Source: Candidatus Omnitrophota bacterium (GTDB lineage: Bacteria > Omnitrophota > Gorgyraeia > Duberdicusellales > 4484-171). Taken from it: a stretch of DNA of 64,000 bases. The stretch is from positions 24,396 to 88,395 of the forward strand of contig JAIPHA010000001.1 in NCBI GenBank assembly GCA_021735445.1, written 5' to 3'. Positions within the stretch are counted from its first letter, which is position 1. Every line of letters starts with the position of its first letter. The translations under genes were made by a program, and so were the position numbers. A model generated the notes under the pieces. It had not been told where the DNA came from. It did not search any database and worked only from the letters and a program-made list of their open reading frames with translations. Shown piece after piece: positions 46,493 through 56,411 of this stretch.

Positions 46493-49400
46493 AAGCAGTA
46501 AATTTAGATAATATTTGGGAGAAATACCGGATTAAATTCGTTAAAGAAAACGGAGTTAGCTGGCGGGAGGTTTGGGCTCTTAGGGAAGTCAATTTTGCGG
46601 TTGAGCAAGGAGAGGTCTTAGGAATAATCGCCCAAAACGGCGCAGGTAAGACAACTTTATTAAAAATTATAGCCGGGATGTTGATGCCGGATCGCGGCAA
46701 AGTCAATGTCAGGGGAAAAGTTTCTACCTTAATGGAATTAGGGGCCGGCTTTAACCGTGAATTTACCGGCCGGGAAAATATTATTCTTAATGCCCGGATT
46801 TATGGATTGAGCAAAAAAGATATCAACATAAAGATGCAAGAGGTTATTGAATTTGCCGGATTGGGAGAGTTTATTGACGCGCCGATTAAGTATTATTCGC
46901 AAGGAATGTACCTGCGCCTTGCTTTTTCTTTAGCTATTTCTCTTGATCCCGATATTCTCTTGATAGATGATATTATCGCTGTAGGCGATGAAGCTTCTTC
47001 TTGCCGCTGTATCGATAAAATAAGGCAATTAAAAAAAGAGGGTAAGACAATAATTTTGGTTACTCATCAGATGGATATGGTGGCTCAGATGTGCGACCGG
47101 GTGATTCATCTAAATAAAGGAAAAATTATCGATGCGGGAAGTCCGGGAAAAATTATTCCGGCCTATCTGGAAACCGTAGGCAGAAAGGAAGGGATAAAAG
47201 TTTTTGAAAAATATGATTTTCGGGTTGTTTTTAACAACGGACGGTTAAGCTTATCTTATGCCGGTAATCCTTTGACCGGTAAAATGGGAGTGTCTGCGGT
47301 TTGGTTTAACCCCCGGATTAATGGCTGGGTAAGTTCAAAGGATTTAAATTGGCAAAATATAGCCAAAGATAATGCTAGTTTTATTTTTGAAGGCAGCCAT
47401 CAGGGTTTCGATAGCCTGCAGGTTTGGACAATTAGTTTAGAGAAAGATATTTTGGAATGGACAGTTAAATTTGAAGGCAAAGAAATTCAAAATCCTCATT
47501 TTGATCTCGGGTTTAGGGCCTTATATGACCATTGGGTGGTTGAAAAAAAAGAAGAAGAATTTCTTCCTTTTCTTTCTAAACTTAATTGGCAGGATTTGGG
47601 TACCCATGATTGTTTTTTTGGAGGCGTGGGCATGTTTTCTTCTCAAAAATCAGGCAGCTTGCCGGCATTTATTTTTGGTCAAAAAAAGCAAGCTCAAAAA
47701 ATCAAATTATTTAATACCGGCTACCATAATGAAACCAGAGTGGCCCAATCTTTACTTGATTCTAATTGTGCTGAATTTTATATTAGGTTATTTTCCCAAA
47801 AAAGAAATTTACTCAAATACATGGAGAAGAAGAAAAAAGAACTTCCCGCTTCATATAGATTCTGCCGGTTGGAGTATAAACATCTTCGAATAGAAGCAAG
47901 CGGACGAGAAAAAACAATAAAAATTTATTATCGAGGCAGGGAAGTTACTGCCGGCTGCGGCATGTCTGTATCTTTTCAGAGAAAAGAAGAATGGTATAGC
48001 GCCGTAAGTGCCAGGTGGAAGCTTGTTCAAAAAGAGGATTGTATTCAGGGGGAATTATTTTGGCCCGATTTTAGGCTTCGCCAGGTGTGGGAAATTAGTA
48101 TCAAAGAAGGAGGAGTATGTTGGAAGGCGGATATCGATACAGCTAAGATTAACGAGATAGACGATTTTAAAATGGGAATATTGGTAAGAGAAGAGTATAA
48201 AAGGTATGTTTCCGGACACCAGGAAGGCGTTTTCCCCAAAGATTTTACCAACTGGATGGATATCGACTTAGAAGATAAAAAAGCTGAGCATTTAGGAACT
48301 AACGCTAGCGGTGATTTACCGGGGATTATTTTAACTAATAAAGGCAGATGGATGAATGTCGTTGAAAATAGCGATAAAAAAAACCGCTGCCGGGCTTTGC
48401 AATTTAGGTTACCTTTTCGAAATTTTAAAGAGAAAGGATTTTCCACTGAGATTAATATTTTTAAAGATAATTTATTTGCGGGCAAATGCGTCGAAGAAAA
48501 AAAACCATTTTGGCCTTCCAATTTAGTTTCTGTATCCGCGGCAGCCGTTAAAGTGGGTATTGATTTAGATGCGAAAAAAATAAGATTGTTTTATCAAGGC
48601 CGGGAAATCAGCGAAAGGGCTTGTTTGCGTAACCATTTATTGATTTCGGAAAAAGGGTTTGAGTCACGGTTTATGGGTTGGCAAGTTGAGCAGATATCAA
48701 AAGATAAAGCAGTGTTAACCATGAGTATAAAAAATTTTCCCGTAGTTGAAAGATGGGAGTTTTTTTGCGGAGAAGATAATTCTTTAAAAATCAGGATAGA
48801 TTTAGAAGTTGGAAAAAAAGTAAGGATAATCGATAATGGCTTAAGCCTGGAGCTTAAAGACGGTTATCAAAGTTGGTTTACCGCCGGCGAAAAGGGAGAC
48901 TTTATTGCTAAAAAATATGAAAATGATACCGGCGCCATCCGGATGAAAGATAGTAATGTCTCGGCTATTTGCTTAAAGTCCGGTGAGAGTAAAAATTTCC
49001 CCGATTTGACTTTTGCTTTTAATCCTTCTTGCCAGGATAGAATTATTAATTTGTACAAAAAGAGGCCGGGAAATGACTATGGCTCTTCAATTGGCATATA
49101 TACAGCAAAATTATCGACCAGAAAAAAATCTTTTTTTAAGCCGGGTAGTTACAATTTATTAGAAGGTAAGATGTTTTTTGGGAAACAACCGGGATTAAGC
49201 AGTTTTCAAAAGAAAACCAATAAAGTTAAACTAGCCAGGCCGGGTTTGGAGTTGAATTTTTACCAAGGGAAAGGGAGGTTATATTGGAAGGGAAAAGAGA
49301 TAACAGCAGGTTTAGGGATCTATAGCTGCTTTTGCCATTTTGGAATTTGGCATGATTCTTCTCTTGCTGCCTGGGAAGTAATAGAGCAAAATCGGGATAA

Positions 49401-49869
49401 TTTGAGCCTGGCAGGCGATTGGGCCCACCTTCCTGTTTCTCAGGTGTGGAAGATAAAACTAAGAGAAGATAAGCGAATAATTTGGGAGGTAGAAACTGAA
49501 GTCCATCAAGAGTTAGAGTTGGAGGCAATACAAAATAATCTTATGGTTTCACCTCTATATAAAGAGTGGGCGGCGCCTGGCTTTAGCCGGGGTGAATTTA
49601 GCGAGATTTTTACCGGTAGTTATGATATATTGCCCTTTAGGGCCTGGAGCGGGCCGGCTGACAAACTATTAGTTAAAAGCAGAGAGTTACCTGATTTGAG
49701 TTTTAGGCGGGATAAAACAAGCGGGGGGCTGCAAGGGCTTTTAGAAAATAGTGATTATTTTTACCGGTCTCGTTTGATTCAGTACCAACAGATTGGTGTC
49801 GAAAAATTGAAGCCGGGTAAATATAGTAATTTTAAAGGAGTGGTTGAAATTGAGCCGAAAGAAAATTAA
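46489..49869 (+). CDS. Wzt/TagH-like ABC ATPase with an about 870-aa C-terminal extension of four tandem repeat domains
   Basis: Walker A AQNGAGKTT, signature YSQGMYLRLAF (the Wzt/KpsT YSxGM type), Walker B ILLIDDIIAVGD and H-loop VTHQ, followed by four repeats of about 200 aa each. Confidence 0.8.
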   Translation: MKAVNLDNIWEKYRIKFVKENGVSWREVWALREVNFAVEQGEVLGIIAQNGAGKTTLLKIIAGMLMPDRGKVNVRGKVSTLMELGAGFNREFTGRENIILNARIYGLSKKDINIKMQEVIEFAGLGEFIDAPIKYYSQGMYLRLAFSLAISLDPDILLIDDIIAVGDEASSCRCIDKIRQLKKEGKTIILVTHQMDMVAQMCDRVIHLNKGKIIDAGSPGKIIPAYLETVGRKEGIKVFEKYDFRVVFNNGRLSLSYAGNPLTGKMGVSAVWFNPRINGWVSSKDLNWQNIAKDNASFIFEGSHQGFDSLQVWTISLEKDILEWTVKFEGKEIQNPHFDLGFRALYDHWVVEKKEEEFLPFLSKLNWQDLGTHDCFFGGVGMFSSQKSGSLPAFIFGQKKQAQKIKLFNTGYHNETRVAQSLLDSNCAEFYIRLFSQKRNLLKYMEKKKKELPASYRFCRLEYKHLRIEASGREKTIKIYYRGREVTAGCGMSVSFQRKEEWYSAVSARWKLVQKEDCIQGELFWPDFRLRQVWEISIKEGGVCWKADIDTAKINEIDDFKMGILVREEYKRYVSGHQEGVFPKDFTNWMDIDLEDKKAEHLGTNASGDLPGIILTNKGRWMNVVENSDKKNRCRALQFRLPFRNFKEKGFSTEINIFKDNLFAGKCVEEKKPFWPSNLVSVSAAAVKVGIDLDAKKIRLFYQGREISERACLRNHLLISEKGFESRFMGWQVEQISKDKAVLTMSIKNFPVVERWEFFCGEDNSLKIRIDLEVGKKVRIIDNGLSLELKDGYQSWFTAGEKGDFIAKKYENDTGAIRMKDSNVSAICLKSGESKNFPDLTFAFNPSCQDRIINLYKKRPGNDYGSSIGIYTAKLSTRKKSFFKPGSYNLLEGKMFFGKQPGLSSFQKKTNKVKLARPGLELNFYQGKGRLYWKGKEITAGLGIYSCFCHFGIWHDSSLAAWEVIEQNRDNLSLAGDWAHLPVSQVWKIKLREDKRIIWEVETEVHQELELEAIQNNLMVSPLYKEWAAPGFSRGEFSEIFTGSYDILPFRAWSGPADKLLVKSRELPDLSFRRDKTSGGLQGLLENSDYFYRSRLIQYQQIGVEKLKPGKYSNFKGVVEIEPKEN

Positions 49870-50260
49870 AGAAGCTGAAATATTTAAGAATCAGTTAAGA
49901 GTTAATTTTAAAGATAAAGCAATCCATATTTTTTGGCAAGGGAATAAGATAACTGAAAAAATAGGCCTAAATTCAGCGATAAGTACTTTTGGCCTATGGA
50001 CTAATTCTTCTTTTGCCGAATGGGAGGTAGTTGGCAGCGGCGAGAGCTGGATGAAATTAAAAGCCAGATGGAGTTATCTGCCGGTTATCCAATATTGGTC
50101 TCTAAAATTAGGCGATAATTATCAGATTGATTTAGAGATAGATATGGAGGTAGAGGAAGAGCTTTGTATTAAAGAGACTAAGCTATTGTTGTTGGTTTCT
50201 CCGCTTTATAAAAACTGGTTTAGCGGGTTTAGGGAGGAAAATTTTCCTCAGCTTAACGGT
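47230..50260 (+). repeat. five tandem divergent copies (about 0.55-0.65 kb each) of a protein-domain-coding repeat spanning the Wzt 3' region and the next gene's 5' end
   Basis: Visible by eye in the translations (FYQGREI..., LYWKGKEITAG..., IFWQGNKITEK... and recurring W-E-V/I...LPV-Q-W-I-L blocks). The copies are diverged at the nucleotide level. Confidence 0.55.
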
Positions 50261-52114
50261 TGGCAAGAGTTGTATAATTTTAGAGGCCACTCTGTTTTAA
50301 CCGGTGTGCGTTTTCCTCTTGACGGCGCGGTTCTTCCTCCGGTAGCTTTAGAATTTAAGCCTAAGAAGGGCTTAGAAAATTATACTTTTATCGAGAATCC
50401 TTCCGCGGAAATAAATACGCGTTTTCTGGGTGAAAAAATATTATTTAAGGGCAAGGAAAGGTATTTTTCTCCCGGATATCATAGCTGGTTTAGGACAAAA
50501 ATTAAAGTATTTGAAACTGAACAAGAAGTTAGCCGGTATATCGAGAGGCAGCGGAAGAAGTATTTTAGGAAAAAGAAACAAAATGTTTTAAAAAATAAAC
50601 CTTTAAATTATAAGCCTGCTGAGAAAGTGTTGTTAGCAAATATGCCTTGGCAGGATAAGGCGCGTCAGGGGGTGCGGTCGGGATCGCGTTGGCCGCATAT
50701 GAAAGATAAAAGCGAAGGCAAATATTTGCCTTTTCCTTTTTTTTTAGCCTATAGCGCTTCTTTATTAAGGGCTAATGGGGTTAAGACGGATTTAATCGAT
50801 GCGATTGCAGAAAGAATGCAATCTGATGATTTTATCGAAACTCTTGCCGGTAAAAATATCGATTACTTGGTTGTAGAGACTTCGGTCCCTTCTTTTGATT
50901 ATGACATTAAATTATTGGAGAGAATTTCTTTATTGGGGATTAATATTATTTTATGCGGCCCTCATCCTTTGATAGCCTCTTCTGATTTTTTAGCTGAAAA
51001 TGATTTTATTGATTTTGTTATTTTTGGCGAATATGAAGTTACTCTGCTTGAGCTGCTTAAGTTTTTTTCTAAAAATGACAAAGATTTTTCCTCGATTAAA
51101 GGCTTGGTTTGGCGCAGGAGAAGCGGAGAGGTGGTAAAGAATGAAGCCAGGCCGCCTTTTGACATAAATATTTTGCCTTGGCCGCATCGGGAAAGTTTGC
51201 CGATGGAAAATTATTGGGACCTTCCCGGAGATATTCCTTATCCTTCGGTTCAGATGGTCGCATCCCGGGGATGCCCTTTTGGCTGTAATTTCTGCCTCTG
51301 GCCGCAAGTGCTTTTTGGAGGCAGCAGTTATCGGATTAGGAATATTAAAGATTGTATTGATGAGATGGAGTTTATGGTGAGAAAAAAGGGTTACAAATCA
51401 GTATATTTTGACGATGACACTTTTAATATCGGGAAAAGAAGGATGATTGAATTTTGTAATGAGATAATTAAAAGAGGGTTGGAAGATACCCCTTGGGCGA
51501 TTATGGCCAAGGCTGACCTGATGGATGAAGAAATTTTAGATAATATGAAAAAAGCCGGATTGTGCGCTGTAAAATATGGGGTAGAAAATGCCGAACAAAG
51601 TTTAGTTGACCGGTGCGGCAAGGGATTGGATTTAGCTAAAGCAAAAAGGATGATTGATTACACTAAAAGCTTGGGGATTAAGGTGCATCTTACTTTTTCT
51701 TTTGGCTTACGCGGCGAAACTAAAGAGACTATTGAAAAGACTATCGATTATGCCTTGAAATCAGACCCTGATTCGATACAGTTTTCCATAATCACTCCTT
51801 TTCCGGGGACACGGCTTTTTGAGGAATTGGAAAAGGAAGGAAAAATTTTAACCAGGGATTGGTCTTTATATGACGGGCATAACAGCTGTGTGTTTGCGCC
51901 CGATAACCTTTCCTGGCAGGATTTAAAAGATGCTAAAGATTACGCTTATAGGCTATGGGCTGATTGGCAGATGCGCAAAAGAGGCTGGCGGGGGAATCTT
52001 AATAGATTTTATAATTACAGTAAGTCCGGCGGGGTAAAAAAAGCTTTGTTAAAGAGCGGAAAATATTTAGGCTATCTTGTTTTCAAGCGAAGAAAATTTA
52101 TGGGAAAAATTTAA
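49844..52114 (+). CDS. B12-binding radical SAM protein with an N-terminal copy of the Wzt repeat domain
   Basis: The N-terminal approximately 150 aa are homologous to Wzt repeat 4 (LVSPLYKNWFSGF versus MVSPLYKEWAAPGF). They are followed by a B12-binding-like domain and VASRGCPFGCNFC. Confidence 0.7.
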   Translation: MKLSRKKIKEAEIFKNQLRVNFKDKAIHIFWQGNKITEKIGLNSAISTFGLWTNSSFAEWEVVGSGESWMKLKARWSYLPVIQYWSLKLGDNYQIDLEIDMEVEEELCIKETKLLLLVSPLYKNWFSGFREENFPQLNGWQELYNFRGHSVLTGVRFPLDGAVLPPVALEFKPKKGLENYTFIENPSAEINTRFLGEKILFKGKERYFSPGYHSWFRTKIKVFETEQEVSRYIERQRKKYFRKKKQNVLKNKPLNYKPAEKVLLANMPWQDKARQGVRSGSRWPHMKDKSEGKYLPFPFFLAYSASLLRANGVKTDLIDAIAERMQSDDFIETLAGKNIDYLVVETSVPSFDYDIKLLERISLLGINIILCGPHPLIASSDFLAENDFIDFVIFGEYEVTLLELLKFFSKNDKDFSSIKGLVWRRRSGEVVKNEARPPFDINILPWPHRESLPMENYWDLPGDIPYPSVQMVASRGCPFGCNFCLWPQVLFGGSSYRIRNIKDCIDEMEFMVRKKGYKSVYFDDDTFNIGKRRMIEFCNEIIKRGLEDTPWAIMAKADLMDEEILDNMKKAGLCAVKYGVENAEQSLVDRCGKGLDLAKAKRMIDYTKSLGIKVHLTFSFGLRGETKETIEKTIDYALKSDPDSIQFSIITPFPGTRLFEELEKEGKILTRDWSLYDGHNSCVFAPDNLSWQDLKDAKDYAYRLWADWQMRKRGWRGNLNRFYNYSKSGGVKKALLKSGKYLGYLVFKRRKFMGKI

Positions 52115-52118
52115 CTAA

Positions 52119-55100
52119 ATGGAATATTGGGATAAATTATTTGCGGCAATAGAAGAAGGCAGCGGCCGCCTTTGCGGGCCGCATACTTTACAAATTGACC
52201 TTACCGATAGGTGCAACAACGATTGTATAGGCTGTTGGGTCCACTCTCCTTTATTAGATAAAAAAGAAATTTTTCCAAATGGCAAAAAGGACCTCCCGTT
52301 TAGCCAGGTAAGGCATTTGATAGAAGACAGCGCTAAATTAGGAGTTAGAGAAATTATTCTTTCCGGTTCGGGAGAGCCTTTTCTTTATCCGGAGATAGAA
52401 GAAGTAATAAAGTTGATAAAAAACCGTGGAATTTATTTAAATATTATTACCAATGTTTTATTAATGGAGGAAAAGCTAGCCGAGCTATTAGTTAAATATC
52501 AAGTTGATTTGATAACCGCAAGCATTTGGGCTGGAAGCCCTGAAATTTATTCTTTGACTCATCCCGGCAAAAAAGAGAAAGATTTTTGGAAAATTAAAAA
52601 AAATTTATTAAAGTTAGCTTACTATAAGAAAAAATATAAATCATTATCGCCGCATTTAAAAATATACAATGTAATTTGCAGTAAAAATTATAGCGATCTG
52701 GAGGCAATGGTAGAGTTTGCTAAAGCTAGCGACAGTGACTCGGTAGAGTTTCAGGTTGTCGATATTATTCCCGGCCGGACCGATTCTTTAGCCTTAGACA
52801 GAAAACACAAGGAAGAAATAACTAATCAGCTGAAAAAAATAAGGCAGAAAGAGGAGATGGTATTTTTCAACTTTCCTCGGGATGTTGACTTAGAAGAGTT
52901 AATCGAAAAAGAAAATCTTGATTTTGGCAAAGTTTGGAAAAACAGAAAAAAAGGTTTTAGCGCTAAACAACTGCCTGATTCCTTGGTTTGCCCCAAAGGT
53001 TATCAGATTGATGAGCAACGGGAAATCGTTTCTGAGTCTATTTCTGTTACTGAGACAAAACCGGCTGTGTTTTGGTATAAATTTAAAAGCGATTTTTGCA
53101 ATAGTTGTGAAGATAACAACAGCTGCCTGGCTCGAGATAAAGCAATTAGCGTAAAGCTTCTTAGTATTTTGGGGATAGGCACTTTGTTAAGAAGAATATT
53201 TCGTTCTGATTTAGAAAAAGGTATTTATGAAAAACAAATTAATTATTTTCCTTGTTATATCGGTTGGTATTATGCCCGGATTTTAACCGACGGGACTATA
53301 ACGCCTTGTTGTAAAGCAGTCAATTTTCCTTTAGGTAATATCGGCAAAGATTCTTTTTTTAATACCTGGAACTCGCCGGCTTACAATGAATTTAGAAAAA
53401 AAGCTAAGGATTTAAATAAAAGCGACCCATACTTTGCCTCGATAGATTGCCTAAGGAGTTGTGATAATTGGGGGATGAATCTTACGGTAGGCAAAAGGCT
53501 AAAACAATTTAAAAACATCAATCCTTTAATAGTTAAAAATCAAGGCCAAAGGATAGTTATACTCGCGAAAAGTTTTACGGCCGGAAATCTTAATATCGGA
53601 GATCATAACTTTGGCAAAAATATAGTTGTAGACGGAGGCCAAAAAGAAGGCTTTGCCCGTTATCTGTTTAAGGTGCGGCAAGCAAAGAATTTTGAGTTGT
53701 GGGCTCGTTATGCTAGTGGAAGTTTTCGCCCGGTAGATATTTATATCGACGGAAAAATAGTTAAAAAGTCTGGGCTGAGTGAAATAACCGGGGGGTGGAC
53801 GGTTAATTATTTGAAATGGAATAAAGAAGCGGAAGTTAAATTAACTGAAGGAGAACACATTTTAGAGATAAGCTCAAAACAATGTATCCCTCATATTGAA
53901 CAATTAGGGTTATTCGAAACGGGAGCGTTACCCCGTCAGTTAAAGAAGGAAAGCAAAGCCGGTTATTGGCGGATGTTTAGCGAACATATTCTTGATAAAG
54001 GCTTGGCCGGCGCCTTAAGGAGAGTGCTTGATAATCTCGCTCCGGATCAGATTAAAGACCGTTATCTGGAGATGCTAGGCATTTATGACCGGCGGTATGG
54101 TTATAAAGGCCCTTTTCATCTACAGATAGATTTAACTAATGATTGCAATAACAATTGTATTGCTTGTTGGTGCAACTCTTCGCTTTATAAAAAGCCGCGT
54201 TTGTCTAAAGAAGAAAAAAAACAATACCTTCCCTTTAGGTTAGTTAAAGAGCTTTTAGATGATGCTTCTCGAATGGGGGCAACCGAGGTATATTATTCCG
54301 GGTCAGGAGAACCTTTTATGCATCCCCGAATTATGGATATTTTAGAGTATACTAAAAAAAAGGGGTTAATTTGCCATGTAAATACTAATTTTACTCTCCT
54401 AAATAAAGAAAGGCTGGACCGCCTTATCAAGATAGGCTTGGATTACCTGACAGTAAGCACCTGGGCCGGAAGCAAAGAGATATATGCCAAGACTCACCCT
54501 AATAAAACCGAATCCGAGTTTGAGAAAATAAAAGATAATCTTATTTATCTTAACAAAAACAAAAAATGTGCCCCCTCAATTAAGCTTTATAATGTGCTTT
54601 TTAATATGAATTATTTTGAAATTGATAAGATGATTGAGTTTGCGAAAAAAACCGCTTCGGAGTCGGTGGAGTTTACTTTAGTCGACACTATCCCCGGTGT
54701 TACCGACGTGTTAGCTTTAGGCGAGAGCCAGTTAAAGGAGCTTAAAAGAAGATGTGAGGATATTCAATATAAGTTAGAGCAGGAAAGTAAACTAAAAGGA
54801 AGCAGTTTGACCCTTTTTCAGTTTGATCAGTTTTTACGGCGAGTTTCGAATTCGGCCGATGCCAAACAGGCAAAATATGATAAAGGGGTAATCGATAGCA
54901 TGCCTTGTTATATTGGTTGGCTTTTTGCCCGGATAGTGCCTAACGGAGAGGTCCATTCCTGCTTAAAAGCGCACCGGATACCGACCGGTTCTTTATACTC
55001 TAAAAAGTTTTCAGAGATTTGGAATTCGCCTCAGCAAGCTAATTTTCGAAAAAAAACCTGTGTTTACCGTAAAGATGACCCTTTTTTTAGATTAATTGGC

Positions 55101-56378
55101 AATGATCCGGAAACAAAGGAAGCGGGGTGCTATAAAAGCTGTGACGATATTGGCAGGAACAGCTGGATGCATAAAAGAATGACGATGTTGACCCGGCCGG
55201 AAAAAGCTTTTTTAAAAGTTGCCGCTAAGGGCTTAAAATTGGCCAGGAAGATTAATCTGCCTCGAAAGACTTCTTTAAGACAAGGTAAGAATCTCCGCAT
55301 CGCGGGGATTCGGCAGGGGCGTCAAGCTTTTCAAGGGCCTGAACAGGTAGTGGTTGATTTAACCAATAGATGTAATTTGCGTTGCCTGTCTTGTTGGCTC
55401 TATTCTCCTTTGCTTGCCGGAAGCCAACCATCTTATGATTCATTAAATCAAGAGTTACCCGGGAAGAAGGTGTTTAAACTTATTGATGATTTAGCCTCTA
55501 TGGGCACCGAACGGATACGTTTTACCGGGGGAGGAGAGCCTCTTATCCATAAAGATTTTTTTCGCTTAGTTGAATATGCGCATAAGCGGGGATTATTGGT
55601 AGGGGTTACCACTAATTTCGGCTTAATTGATAAAAAGGGAATTTCCAGGCTTGTAAACGCAGGTTTAGAAGAGTTGTGCATTAGTATTTGGGCCTCTAAC
55701 CTTGGTACTTATTGTAAGGTTCACCCGGGGACTGATTCCCGCTATTTTGAAAAACTAAAAAATAATTTAGCTTACTTACAAAAAATGAAAACAGGTAAAC
55801 CGCGGATTACTTTTGCTAATGTAATTATGAATAAAAATGTTAACGATTTTACGGAGATGTATAATTTCGGGCGTAAATTCGGGGCAGATGCTTTGTATTT
55901 TACTATAGTAGATATTTTATCCGGCCAGACCGATTCTCTTTTGTTAAATCCCAAACAGCGGGATCAGCTAAAAGCAGAAGCCTTAGCGGTTGAAGAAAAA
56001 GCCGGTAGAGAGGGGATAGAATTAGAGTTTTTTGAAGGGTTTATGAATAGGTTGGACCAAGATAAAGAAGATTTTCAAAAAGGAGAATATGATAAATCTT
56101 TAGTCAACCAGATACCTTGTTATGTGGGATGGATATTTTCCCGTATTTTGGCCGATGGGAGCATAGCGCCTTGCTGCAGGGGGGTTAAGAAGATAATGGG
56201 AAATATTAATAAAGAAAGTTTTAAAAATATATGGTTTTCGGATAAATACAATGAATTTAGGGCTAAAGCTAAATATTTATCCAAACAAGATAGTTATTTT
56301 AAAGAAATAGGCTGCACTAAAGAGTGTGATAATCTTATGCATAATCAGGAAATGGAGAGAAGGATTTTAGAAGGGTGA
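52119..56378 (+). CDS. triple radical SAM/SPASM fusion protein (1419 aa) with an inserted beta-sandwich (CBM-like) domain
   Basis: Three colinear units carry CNNDCIGC, CNNNCIAC and CNLRCLSC. Each is followed by SGSGEP or GGGEP and a SPASM-like C-Y-I/V-G-W...PCC/SC...C...C block. The insert lies at about aa 470-620. Confidence 0.75.
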   Translation: MEYWDKLFAAIEEGSGRLCGPHTLQIDLTDRCNNDCIGCWVHSPLLDKKEIFPNGKKDLPFSQVRHLIEDSAKLGVREIILSGSGEPFLYPEIEEVIKLIKNRGIYLNIITNVLLMEEKLAELLVKYQVDLITASIWAGSPEIYSLTHPGKKEKDFWKIKKNLLKLAYYKKKYKSLSPHLKIYNVICSKNYSDLEAMVEFAKASDSDSVEFQVVDIIPGRTDSLALDRKHKEEITNQLKKIRQKEEMVFFNFPRDVDLEELIEKENLDFGKVWKNRKKGFSAKQLPDSLVCPKGYQIDEQREIVSESISVTETKPAVFWYKFKSDFCNSCEDNNSCLARDKAISVKLLSILGIGTLLRRIFRSDLEKGIYEKQINYFPCYIGWYYARILTDGTITPCCKAVNFPLGNIGKDSFFNTWNSPAYNEFRKKAKDLNKSDPYFASIDCLRSCDNWGMNLTVGKRLKQFKNINPLIVKNQGQRIVILAKSFTAGNLNIGDHNFGKNIVVDGGQKEGFARYLFKVRQAKNFELWARYASGSFRPVDIYIDGKIVKKSGLSEITGGWTVNYLKWNKEAEVKLTEGEHILEISSKQCIPHIEQLGLFETGALPRQLKKESKAGYWRMFSEHILDKGLAGALRRVLDNLAPDQIKDRYLEMLGIYDRRYGYKGPFHLQIDLTNDCNNNCIACWCNSSLYKKPRLSKEEKKQYLPFRLVKELLDDASRMGATEVYYSGSGEPFMHPRIMDILEYTKKKGLICHVNTNFTLLNKERLDRLIKIGLDYLTVSTWAGSKEIYAKTHPNKTESEFEKIKDNLIYLNKNKKCAPSIKLYNVLFNMNYFEIDKMIEFAKKTASESVEFTLVDTIPGVTDVLALGESQLKELKRRCEDIQYKLEQESKLKGSSLTLFQFDQFLRRVSNSADAKQAKYDKGVIDSMPCYIGWLFARIVPNGEVHSCLKAHRIPTGSLYSKKFSEIWNSPQQANFRKKTCVYRKDDPFFRLIGNDPETKEAGCYKSCDDIGRNSWMHKRMTMLTRPEKAFLKVAAKGLKLARKINLPRKTSLRQGKNLRIAGIRQGRQAFQGPEQVVVDLTNRCNLRCLSCWLYSPLLAGSQPSYDSLNQELPGKKVFKLIDDLASMGTERIRFTGGGEPLIHKDFFRLVEYAHKRGLLVGVTTNFGLIDKKGISRLVNAGLEELCISIWASNLGTYCKVHPGTDSRYFEKLKNNLAYLQKMKTGKPRITFANVIMNKNVNDFTEMYNFGRKFGADALYFTIVDILSGQTDSLLLNPKQRDQLKAEALAVEEKAGREGIELEFFEGFMNRLDQDKEDFQKGEYDKSLVNQIPCYVGWIFSRILADGSIAPCCRGVKKIMGNINKESFKNIWFSDKYNEFRAKAKYLSKQDSYFKEIGCTKECDNLMHNQEMERRILEG

Positions 56379-56411
56379 TTTAAACTAATCTGTATTAAGA
56401 GGAGTTATCAG

